Both the position numbers and the translations under genes were made by a program. From the IMG/VR virus record IMGVR_UViG_3300030433_001509, positions 1 through 29,874 of that record: DNA of 29,874 nt. One strand, written 5' to 3'. Within the stretch, counting starts at the first letter, position 1. Each line of letters starts with the position of its first letter. The DNA is from a virus (lineage: Duplodnaviria > Caudoviricetes). The notes under the pieces were generated by a model. The model worked only from the letters and a program-made list of their open reading frames with translations, was not told the DNA's origin and did no database searches. This document shows, piece after piece, positions 15,089-23,298 of the stretch.

Positions 15089-15322
15089 TCAAAATGACCC
15101 ACCATCCGTCAAGGTGTCTGCTGTATAGACAGCATCAGCCTTAAAGGTAGCTGCCGCTTGGTCGTAATAAATCACAGATTTGTCTACCTTTGCGTCTTGC
15201 TCTAACTCAAAGTCGCCTGGAGGGCCTTGCGGTCCAGCAGTTGTGGCCGTAACAGTCTTAACAGCACCGTTAGACGTGACTGTGACTTTGTTCTGCTGAG
15301 TTGTGACGTTAACTGATGTCAT
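15089..15322 (-). CDS. Small structural/adaptor-like protein, 77 aa (GPQGPPG ... DGGSF)
   Basis: ATGA overlap with the upstream gene. Confidence 0.7.
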   Translation of the reverse strand: MTSVNVTTQQNKVTVTSNGAVKTVTATTAGPQGPPGDFELEQDAKVDKSVIYYDQAAATFKADAVYTADTLTDGGSF

Positions 15323-15657
15323 CTTGTATAAGACTGGTCAACGGTGATAATGCCCTCTAAGTAATATTCTTTGATGCCTGAAGAATTTGTCACCAAAACG
15401 TCGTAATACAGCGCATCGATAAACTCTGCTGTATCTGTGTCGGCTAGGCTAATTGTGACTTGACCGTTTGTGCGGTTCGTATAAACAACACCAAAATCTG
15501 CGTACTTTGTGCTGCGTGCTTTGTTCCATGCTTGCGCCGCAACAGTTGCACCCGTCAGATCGATGGCTTCGTCGTCGCTGTCCTTAAACTGCAGCAACAC
15601 GCTCCAGTCTGCACCTCGCTGCACCTTGAAGTTATACGTTCCAGGATTGACAGCCAT
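15319..15657 (-). CDS. Ig-like virion adaptor protein (BppU-N-like)
   Basis: QRGADW...AIDLTGAT...GQVTISL...YYDV...YYLEG pattern; AGGAGG SD upstream. Confidence 0.7.
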   Translation of the reverse strand: MAVNPGTYNFKVQRGADWSVLLQFKDSDDEAIDLTGATVAAQAWNKARSTKYADFGVVYTNRTNGQVTISLADTDTAEFIDALYYDVLVTNSSGIKEYYLEGIITVDQSYTR

Positions 15658-15673
15658 AGGACACCTCCTGTTC

Positions 15674-15802
15674 TCATCTTAACGGGTCCGGCCTGCCAGA
15701 CAAAATAGTGACCGCACGTTTATAGAAGTAGGAGTCAGTCTTGCCAGCTGCTTCTAAAGCTTGCTTGACCTTTGCCCAATTCTCAAACGTGCGGCGATCC
15801 AC
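15674..15802 (-). CDS. Small protein, 42 aa (MDRRTFENWAKVKQALEAAGKTDSYFYKRAVTILSGRPDPLR)
   Basis: Translated by hand; GTG start overlaps the upstream stop. Confidence 0.7.
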   Translation of the reverse strand: MDRRTFENWAKVKQALEAAGKTDSYFYKRAVTILSGRPDPLR

Positions 15803-15924
15803 TATTTTCCTTGCCCGCGTGACATTTTTTTATTATGTCGAGGCTTGGAATTTTTCCCTTGGCCTTGCCTGGTTTTTTTCGGTTTTCCGATGACAAATAT
15901 GTTGCCGTTAAGCGACTTTGCCAT
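15802..15924 (-). CDS. Small basic peptide, 40 aa (MAKSLNGNIFVIGKPKKTRQGQGKNSKPRHNKKMSRGQGK)
   Basis: Translated by hand; TGATG coupling with the upstream gene. Confidence 0.7.
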   Translation of the reverse strand: MAKSLNGNIFVIGKPKKTRQGQGKNSKPRHNKKMSRGQGK

Positions 15925-16118
15925 CAGTTCTCATCCATTCCAGGAAACGTTGGATGATGAGTGATGTGCAGCCCTGTGTATGTACCGTGCTGCGGATGTT
16001 CCCGCTTGTCACGGCCTTCGAGGTGATACAGAATTTCTAGCCATTGAACGCGATTATTCATCGCTTCAATGTCTTCTGCGCCAGGCTTGCACGAAATAAT
16101 TGGATCAGGCCGTTTCAT
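15924..16118 (-). CDS. Hypothetical protein, 64 aa (MKRPDPII...)
   Basis: TGATG coupling at 16118. Confidence 0.7.
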   Translation of the reverse strand: MKRPDPIISCKPGAEDIEAMNNRVQWLEILYHLEGRDKREHPQHGTYTGLHITHHPTFPGMDEN

Positions 16119-16429
16119 CAGGCGCTCCAAGGAGTACCAGAACCTTTAGTAGGAGTGCGCTGTTCAGTCAATTGAGCCTGAAGTGCATCTTGAATTTCGG
16201 TGACTTTCTCGTCACCACCAAGAGCAGCTTTGACCCACTCGATGACTTGAGCTTCGGTCAAGTCGGCATACGAAATGAGGCTTTCGGGACGCTCCAGCCC
16301 AACGCTTCCGTAAGCTCCTGCAGAGTAGGTGTCGTCTGCAGCAGTCACGGTGTAGTGAACAGTGCTGACGTAACCATCGGAAAGCTCCCGATCAAGCGTA
16401 TTAACGGCCCAGGTGTAAGTGGTGGCCAT
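16118..16429 (-). CDS. Fibre-associated protein, 103 aa (possible assembly chaperone)
   Basis: Directly downstream of the long fibre; YADLTEAQVIEWVK and GTPW motifs. Confidence 0.75.
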   Translation of the reverse strand: MATTYTWAVNTLDRELSDGYVSTVHYTVTAADDTYSAGAYGSVGLERPESLISYADLTEAQVIEWVKAALGGDEKVTEIQDALQAQLTEQRTPTKGSGTPWSA

Positions 16430-16457
16430 GATGAAAATGGGTTACAGGGGTGAGTGT

Positions 16458-16487
16458 AAAAGAAAAGCCCCGTGATGTCACGGGGCC
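16458..16487 (-). terminator. Intrinsic terminator GCCCCGTG-ACAT-CACGGGGC-TTTTCTTTT
   Basis: Follows the 1505-aa fibre gene. Confidence 0.8.
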
Positions 16488-16518
16488 GAATGTAGGGTTC
16501 TTACGCCGGTTTGCCAAA

Positions 16519-19500
16519 CTATCCAGCTTCTAATGCGGCGACCTTCGCTTCGAGGGTTTCGATGCGATCCATTGCTTCTTGAAGTGCTTTTACAGCCTTC
16601 ATGTAAAGCACAGAGTAGTTGACGCTCTTGGTTGTAGTGCCGAGGTCGTTACCTTCGTCGTCAGTGTCAGATGATTCAGTGACAAGACCAGGCGATACGG
16701 TTTCAACTTCTTGAGCGACAACACCGATTTGAGTGTGTGTTTGCCCTTCAGTAAAGTTGTAATTACGAACGCGGAGATCTTTGATGTCGTTCCACTGAGA
16801 AGAAGCATCAACGATGTTTTCTTTCAGCTTGGCGTCAGAGATTGCGGCATAAGAATTGTTGGTATTTTGAACGTTACCGTTAGTAAAAATACGAAAAGAT
16901 TCTGTTCCCGTTCCAACAGCTGTGGCGGAGTACCTGCATGATACAAATCGACTAGACGTGCCTGCACTGGTGCTATGACTGATGGTGTATTGAGGATCAC
17001 TTGTTGAGTCTGCATAAATCTGGATTGCACCATTGTTTTTAATCCTCATCCGCTCGGTTGGTGATGACGCACCATCAGCAGTAGTCGCCAGAACAATGCG
17101 ACCTGGCATGTCGTTTGTGCCAGGTGTGCCATCTACTTCAGCCTTGATTTCAGCTGCTCTACTGTTTAGATCAGTGCCGTCAGCACCTTGGAAAAATACG
17201 CTACCAAGAACATCTCCAGATTGAACTATAGTTTCACTGCCATTTGCGGTTCCACGGGATCTAGCAAAATAAAAGCCAGGTCCATTTGCATTCGTGCTGT
17301 TGTTTGACACTGCAGAATATCGAGCAGCGCCGCTGCCAATGCCCTCTAACTGAATTTCAGCGCCTTCGAGTTCAGTACGCGCACTACTGGTCCCCACCAA
17401 CAACCGCCCAGAGCTGTCGATACGCATCTGCTCAACAGCATTACCATGGAATATATGAGCGAAGGCTTCATACTTAGCGTTTGCCCATCTTGTGTTATTA
17501 CCGCCAGTAAATCTTATTGAGTTAGTAGCATCTCCATTATCGCTCGCGCCACCAGTAGTGGCCAAGTGTAATGAAGTATCAGTTGTTCCTGTTGTTAAAA
17601 CTGAAAGCTTATAAGCAGGTGCCGTGTTTCCGATGCCAACCCGCCCAGAGCTGTCGATAGCCATCCTGGCGCTAGAACTTCCAGCATAGTTTGCGTAAAA
17701 CTTAAGGCTGTCGCTGTTGTGCTCGTATTGAATAATTCCTTGATAGTTTTGGGTTCCACTGGTCCCATCTGCAAAATATATCGCCGCAGCATTTGCGTTG
17801 CCACTTCTGATGGTTATTCCAGTATTTCCAGAGCCTGCAATGGTCAGATCATCAGCTTCGGCATTTCCTGCAGTCGTCGTCCCCACCAACAACCGCCCAG
17901 AGGCGTCAATACGCATCTGCTCGATGGTATTATTGCGCTTGAAAATATGCCCACCACTATCCACACTGTTGTAGATATTTGCACCAGTCGAAGCAGCATC
18001 GTGGTCTATTGAGCCGTAATAAGTGGTATTAGACCCGAATCGAATTTCACCAGTTGCGTGTAACTTTGATCCAGGCGACGTGGTGCCGATGCCGACATTG
18101 CCACTGCTGTCGATGCGTAGGCGCTCGGACAGTGCATTTGAGGTCTGCGTGAATAAAGCCAAGCCACCTGCGCCATTACCTGAAGATTGAATTGCTGCGC
18201 CGTGATTAGAAGTATTGCTAAGGAAAATTGTTGCTGAACCAGTGGAGTTAGTTCTTTTGAATAAAGCAGTATCAAAGTCGGCTGAATCAACTTGGAGTTT
18301 CTTGCCAGGCGAAGTGGTGCCAATGCCAACTCTGCCAGAGCTGTCGATACGTAGGCGCTCGGTTGCACCAGTAGCAAAGCGCATGTAGTCATCACCATGC
18401 TTGTACTCCAGATAGCCTGCATAACGACCAGCTCCACTTGTTGCATCGCCGAAATATAAAGCGCCAAAGCCAGTGGTTGACGAAAGAAAGTTTATTTCTG
18501 AGCTGCCAGAAGAGTTGTGAACACTTAAAGTATTTGCTCCAGTAATTGAATAAGGCGAAGACGTTCCCACACCCAACCGCCCAGAGCTGTCAATACGTAG
18601 GCGCTCTGCAAATGTTGCATCTGAATTACTAGTACCACTGCCAAATACAATTCCTCTGTTGAACACAGAGCGAATAAGTGATGTACCATCTGCCTGCATC
18701 ATTAAACGCAAGCCGTCAACATTATTGCGAACACGAACTTCTGAATCAGAAGCAGAGTTCACAAGAACGTCTAAGTTCGCAAGCGGATTGGAGCTGCCAA
18801 TGCCGACATTGCCAGAGCTGTCGATACGCATCCGCTCGGTTGGTGATGACGCACCATCAGCAGTAGTCGCCAGAACAATGCGACCTGGTTTGTCGCCTGA
18901 ACCTTGCGCTCCATCAGCTTCTACCCGAATACGAGCGACCTCCTCATTTACGCTTCCTGCATTGGAAAACCACTTAATATCACCAATCAAGTTACCAGTC
19001 GAAACAGTTGAATCATTCCTATTTAATACACAAATTGCCCCAGCAGCATTGCTTACCTGTAGCTTGGCTCCAGTATTCCCTGTGATGTCAGAGGTTGCTC
19101 CAACCAACAACCGCCCAGAGCTGTCGATGCGTAGGCGTTCTGTGTTACCCACAGCAAAACGCATTGCGCCGCCAGTTCTTAGTGACTCAATCCAGTTATA
19201 GTAAGCACCTTGTAAATCAAAACCTAATCGTGCATCGCCTGCTGTATTAGTGGACATCCGAATCTCTTGACTGCTAGTGCCAAAAGTATTCAGAACAGTT
19301 GCAGGGCTCGCGGTGCCGATACCGACGTTGCCTGAGCTGTCGATTCGTAGGCGCTCGGTATCTTGCGTACCAAAAGCAAGTGAATCGCCAGTACCTGTAC
19401 TGAAAATGTCAATAATACCTGACCTGTCATTGTCAATAAAAAGATTATTGGTCGGACCAATAAATCTGGCTAAAGTACCATCGCCCGAAGTGTTGCTTAC

Positions 19501-21036
19501 TGAAAGAAGCCTGTCAGGCGACGTGGTGCCGATGCCGACGTTGCCTGCATTCGTAAAGCGTACTTTTTCTTGTCCAGCATTATTGCTGAACACCATGTCA
19601 GGAGTAGAGGCGTTTGTAGCTCCAATATAGAAATTACCGTTAGGAGCTAATGATTCACGATTTCTTACGCCAACAGAGTAAGTTTCGCTATTGCCTGTAA
19701 ACAATGCCCTACCACCGCGAGCATCAATTAGGTGAGCAGGCGACGTCGTTCCAATACCAACCCGTCCAGAGCTGTCGATGCGCAGGCGCTCGGTTCCCAC
19801 CGTTCCAAACCGTAATACAGAACTTGCGGCGTTAGCAACGATAAAAGGTGATGTAGTTGTAGAAAAGACTTGATTGCCTGTCAGGTTTATACTGCCCGCA
19901 ACATCTAGCTTCTGTCCAGGCGACGAGGTGCCGATACCGACGTTGCCACTGCTGTCGATACGTAGGCGTTCGGCAGCATTTGTAGCTAACCGCAGGTAAT
20001 TATTAGAGTGGTCGTATTGAATATATCCTCGGAATTCATCATTGCCTGAAGTGCCATCAGAGAAATAAATATTGCCTCTACTTGCTGTGCCGCTGCGAAT
20101 AGTAACGCCAGTGGTGCCTGTACTTGCAATTGTTAAATCATCAGCAGAAGTCTCGCCTTCGGTCGTTGTGCCAAGAAGCAACCGCCCAGAGCTGTCGATA
20201 CGTGCGTATTCGCTATCAGCTTCTCCGCCGTAGCCTAAGAACACAAAAGTACCGTTTGTATTTCTGTCTCTAGACCTAAACTCAAACGCACCATCATTGT
20301 TTTTGATATACATATCCCGACCGATATTGGTCGAGTCAGTCAGTTTAATTTCAGCTGAACCTGCTGATTCAATATGCAGAATTCGGCCTGGCGACGTGGT
20401 GCCGATACCAACATCACCATCAACCTGAAGTCCTGTTCCATTAATAAGCTTCAGGTCAGTACCTGTTTGCCGAGAAACAATCGTCTGTGAACCAGCCTTA
20501 ACAACAGCAGTCTCAATCAGACCATCCTCAGTACCGTTAGTGACATCTGAGGTTTTACCAGTAATCTTGGCGTAAAGTTGTTTACCGCCAGTGCTGTTTT
20601 CACCATCAAAACGAATCTGACCTAAATAATCACCATCAGCAGGTGAGGCGCTATTCCGATACAAAGAAAACTCAGGGCCAGCTGAAGAATCAGCGGCCGT
20701 ACTTTCAACAGTAACATTACCAGAACTATCAACAACCGTTCCAGATGCACTGCGCCATGCACTGCCATCATAAATCTTCAGCGCATAAACACTGCCGCTT
20801 GTATCTAGCCACGCTTCACCAGCACTGTGGCCAGTAGAACCACCAGTTGCAGGACTACTGTTAGGCGCACTTGTGCCAATAAAAATAGGTCCAATCTTTC
20901 TAATATCCCCGCCTGCATCCTTAAAAAACAGCCCAGGGTTCGTAGCATTCGTGTTGACAGCCAACTGGCCATCAGACATCGCAGCAGCAGTAGGACGCTT
21001 GTTAGCGGTGCTGGAACGCAGGTGCTGAATTGTCAT
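16519..21036 (-). CDS. Long modular tail fibre with C-terminal intramolecular chaperone (peptidase S74), 1505 aa
   Basis: About 14 modules delimited by ERLRIDSSG(N/R)(V/L)xxGT; C-terminal SDAKLKENI...IGVVAQEVE...KALQEAMDRIETLE. Confidence 0.9.
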   Translation of the reverse strand: MTIQHLRSSTANKRPTAAAMSDGQLAVNTNATNPGLFFKDAGGDIRKIGPIFIGTSAPNSSPATGGSTGHSAGEAWLDTSGSVYALKIYDGSAWRSASGTVVDSSGNVTVESTAADSSAGPEFSLYRNSASPADGDYLGQIRFDGENSTGGKQLYAKITGKTSDVTNGTEDGLIETAVVKAGSQTIVSRQTGTDLKLINGTGLQVDGDVGIGTTSPGRILHIESAGSAEIKLTDSTNIGRDMYIKNNDGAFEFRSRDRNTNGTFVFLGYGGEADSEYARIDSSGRLLLGTTTEGETSADDLTIASTGTTGVTIRSGTASRGNIYFSDGTSGNDEFRGYIQYDHSNNYLRLATNAAERLRIDSSGNVGIGTSSPGQKLDVAGSINLTGNQVFSTTTSPFIVANAASSVLRFGTVGTERLRIDSSGRVGIGTTSPAHLIDARGGRALFTGNSETYSVGVRNRESLAPNGNFYIGATNASTPDMVFSNNAGQEKVRFTNAGNVGIGTTSPDRLLSVSNTSGDGTLARFIGPTNNLFIDNDRSGIIDIFSTGTGDSLAFGTQDTERLRIDSSGNVGIGTASPATVLNTFGTSSQEIRMSTNTAGDARLGFDLQGAYYNWIESLRTGGAMRFAVGNTERLRIDSSGRLLVGATSDITGNTGAKLQVSNAAGAICVLNRNDSTVSTGNLIGDIKWFSNAGSVNEEVARIRVEADGAQGSGDKPGRIVLATTADGASSPTERMRIDSSGNVGIGSSNPLANLDVLVNSASDSEVRVRNNVDGLRLMMQADGTSLIRSVFNRGIVFGSGTSNSDATFAERLRIDSSGRLGVGTSSPYSITGANTLSVHNSSGSSEINFLSSTTGFGALYFGDATSGAGRYAGYLEYKHGDDYMRFATGATERLRIDSSGRVGIGTTSPGKKLQVDSADFDTALFKRTNSTGSATIFLSNTSNHGAAIQSSGNGAGGLALFTQTSNALSERLRIDSSGNVGIGTTSPGSKLHATGEIRFGSNTTYYGSIDHDAASTGANIYNSVDSGGHIFKRNNTIEQMRIDASGRLLVGTTTAGNAEADDLTIAGSGNTGITIRSGNANAAAIYFADGTSGTQNYQGIIQYEHNSDSLKFYANYAGSSSARMAIDSSGRVGIGNTAPAYKLSVLTTGTTDTSLHLATTGGASDNGDATNSIRFTGGNNTRWANAKYEAFAHIFHGNAVEQMRIDSSGRLLVGTSSARTELEGAEIQLEGIGSGAARYSAVSNNSTNANGPGFYFARSRGTANGSETIVQSGDVLGSVFFQGADGTDLNSRAAEIKAEVDGTPGTNDMPGRIVLATTADGASSPTERMRIKNNGAIQIYADSTSDPQYTISHSTSAGTSSRFVSCRYSATAVGTGTESFRIFTNGNVQNTNNSYAAISDAKLKENIVDASSQWNDIKDLRVRNYNFTEGQTHTQIGVVAQEVETVSPGLVTESSDTDDEGNDLGTTTKSVNYSVLYMKAVKALQEAMDRIETLEAKVAALEAG
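17047..17106. repeat. 60-bp perfect direct repeat, copy 1
   Basis: Identical to 18829-18888; encodes PGRIVLATTADGASSPTERM. Confidence 0.9.
18829..18888. repeat. 60-bp perfect direct repeat, copy 2
   Basis: Identical to 17047-17106; offset 1782 bp, in frame. Confidence 0.9.
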
Positions 21037-21085
21037 CCTTAACGCCTATTGCTAGGCCGGAAATTACTCCACCACTTTACGAGAC

Positions 21086-21235
21086 TCAATAGGTGCCGTC
21101 ATCAAAGCCTATGGCTCGTATGTTTTCTATAGTCACCTTCTTAGTCTGATCGTTCAACGTATCGACAATCGGCATCACGTCAGTATTCTGCGGCGAGACC
21201 AGCTCAGTTAGTTCAGAAATTTTGGCGTTGGCCAT
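21086..21235 (-). CDS. Tiny adaptor-like protein, 49 aa (MANAKISELTELVSPQNTDVMPIVDTLNDQTKKVTIENIRAIGFDDGTY)
   Basis: Translated by hand; AGGAGG upstream; N-terminus resembles that of the 366-aa fibre. Confidence 0.75.
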   Translation of the reverse strand: MANAKISELTELVSPQNTDVMPIVDTLNDQTKKVTIENIRAIGFDDGTY

Positions 21236-21268
21236 GAGCTGCTCAGCCTCCTGACAATGTTACTGCGA

Positions 21269-22369
21269 TCATGACCACGTAGAAATAGCCACCCGTTTCC
21301 AAGTATTCGTAGCCGTGCAGATATAAATGTAGTTCGCATCCCATGCAACTTCACCTGCCGTACCTGTAGCCGTAGCTGATGACGGCGTATGCGTTGGCAA
21401 AACTGGGCGACTGCCAAGCGTGACGTTTGCTGCTGTAATCGCAGCCATGCTTGTCAACGTGCCAGCAGACTGAACCTTTAGGTCGAGCTTGCCATCTTCA
21501 GTAGTGTCACTGGCATCAACAATGCTGGCTGAGATGGTGCCGAACAGAATCTGCTCAGGTGTTGCCGCATCATTATTCCCTTGGAAATTGATGCTGCTCA
21601 AAACATCAGCATCTTGACCTGAAACACTGCTGCCACGGTGGTGATACAGCGTGATGTCAGCAGCACTGACAGCAACAGCTTCTGCAGACTCAATAAACAA
21701 GCCAGTGTTTGCTACTGACTCGGTGATGTGCAGCGGATGTTCAGGGTCAATCTCGTTGACGCCTACCTTGTCACTCTTGATCGTGATGCGTGCTGCTGTC
21801 GTACCAGCTGCAGCCGTCATCAGATTCAGCGTGCCATCCTCACTGCCATCAGTCGTGTCAACAATCTTGCTAACGATCTGCCCGTAAGCAATGTCTTCGC
21901 TTGCAGCATTGACACCACGGAACTCAAGGTTGCCAAGGTTGTCATCAGCAGCAGGTGACGCAGAATTGCGATACAACACCACGTCAGGCGCAGTATCTAA
22001 GCCAGCATCACTATTTTCAATGATGACCTGATCAGTAGTGTCAGTGGAAAACAGATGCAACTGAGCAGCAGCTGTGCCAGCACCAACCTGAAAACCTGCA
22101 GTCGTAAATTTGGCAACGAAAGCATCGTTTGCGCTAACGGCAATTTCATTGGTGCCGCTGCGGTAAAAACCAGTCAGGTTGACATCACTGACAAAACCGA
22201 TCGACGGTGCAGTAACTGACCCGTCAGGTGCAGTCTTGTGCAGCGTGCCAACAGAAAACTGCTTGTTTTTATCAGCGTTATCAGCCTCACTGACATCAAC
22301 AACAACAAATAAGTCGTTGCTGTCAGGCGTCGTCAGTGCAGCAAGCTGTGAGATCTTCCGATCAGCCAT
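21269..22369 (-). CDS. Tail fibre-like protein, 366 aa
   Basis: MADRKISQL N-terminus; two internal modules similar to the first module of the long fibre; C-terminal GTAGEVAWDANYIYIC..NTWKR. Confidence 0.8.
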   Translation of the reverse strand: MADRKISQLAALTTPDSNDLFVVVDVSEADNADKNKQFSVGTLHKTAPDGSVTAPSIGFVSDVNLTGFYRSGTNEIAVSANDAFVAKFTTAGFQVGAGTAAAQLHLFSTDTTDQVIIENSDAGLDTAPDVVLYRNSASPAADDNLGNLEFRGVNAASEDIAYGQIVSKIVDTTDGSEDGTLNLMTAAAGTTAARITIKSDKVGVNEIDPEHPLHITESVANTGLFIESAEAVAVSAADITLYHHRGSSVSGQDADVLSSINFQGNNDAATPEQILFGTISASIVDASDTTEDGKLDLKVQSAGTLTSMAAITAANVTLGSRPVLPTHTPSSATATGTAGEVAWDANYIYICTATNTWKRVAISTWS

Positions 22370-23298
22370 CAACCAGCCTCCAGAGTCTCAACGCGTGTAC
22401 GCAGAGCATCAATTTCAGCGAATGCTTCCTGCAGTGCAGCGGTCAGCAGCGGTACTAACTTGGACTGATCAATCTGCTGATACTTTGGGCTGCCGTCCTC
22501 AAAGGTTTCATCCCTAACGCCAGTAATGGCCTCAGGCACAACCGTTTGAGCCTCATGTGCCAAAAAACCGTCTACGGTTTGACTAGGATCAGATATAAAA
22601 TTAAAGCGATATGTTCTCAGGTTATTTACTCGCGCTTTTGCGCCAGTCAGGCTAACAACGTTTTCTTTTAGCCTGTAATCAGACGTCGTGTTGTAAGCAA
22701 TGCTCGATCCATTGTTGATAATGGATGCAATAAAACTGCCATTATAGTTAAAGTTAATCATCGCACCCGTAGTGTTCATCCTATTGAGCGTCATCGGCCG
22801 CTTGGCATACGTCCCGACGTGAACAACGCCGTCAGAAGCCACTAAGAAGCCTTGAGCCGCTGAACTGTTATTTCCGTTGGTTGGATTTGTTGATCCAGTC
22901 GCGGCAGATCCAATAACAAAAGAATTAGTCTGCGTGCCTATCGTTCGACCAATAACGCCATAAGTGCTTCCGTTTCGAGCAATTCCAATAACATCGTTGG
23001 CGTATTCGTAAAAACCTGTGTTTGTTTCACCGGTAAAGTAAATCGACGGCGCACTGGCTGAACCCGCAGGAAGAATTACCTTTCCGTCAGTAGTCCTAAG
23101 GTCAACGTATCCGCTGTTCGCAGAATTTCTAATCTTGATAACATTCGACGAAGTGTCTACCCAGCTTTGATACGCGTAAGTCGTAGAAGGCTGCGTTGAG
23201 CCACTGTGATTCGTAAAGGCAGCAGCCAGCTGTGTATTGATGTCAGCCCTTACCGCTGAACCACTACCGTTTGCAACGACGCCATCTGCCTGGGCCAT
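22369..23298 (-). CDS. Short tail fibre/spike with peptidase S74 chaperone domain
   Basis: SDYRLKENV...GFLAHEAQ..VPEAI...LVPLLTAALQE motif. Confidence 0.85.
   Translation of the reverse strand: MAQADGVVANGSGSAVRADINTQLAAAFTNHSGSTQPSTTYAYQSWVDTSSNVIKIRNSANSGYVDLRTTDGKVILPAGSASAPSIYFTGETNTGFYEYANDVIGIARNGSTYGVIGRTIGTQTNSFVIGSAATGSTNPTNGNNSSAAQGFLVASDGVVHVGTYAKRPMTLNRMNTTGAMINFNYNGSFIASIINNGSSIAYNTTSDYRLKENVVSLTGAKARVNNLRTYRFNFISDPSQTVDGFLAHEAQTVVPEAITGVRDETFEDGSPKYQQIDQSKLVPLLTAALQEAFAEIDALRTRVETLEAG

Noticed and set aside
15049-15091. Stop-codon readthrough fusing the 77-aa protein to the 604-aa fibre
   Set aside because: The genes are in frame, but a second in-frame TGA lies in the intergenic stretch, and TGA is used as a normal stop elsewhere.
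17040-20420. CRISPR array or DGR in the repeat-rich fibre gene
   Set aside because: Repeats are degenerate, in-frame coding and 180-350 bp apart. No reverse transcriptase is in the window, and the 60-bp pair shows no adenine-specific differences.
22802-22812. Partial TGGCATAC match in a tail gene
   Set aside because: Incomplete box and no promoter geometry; likely chance.
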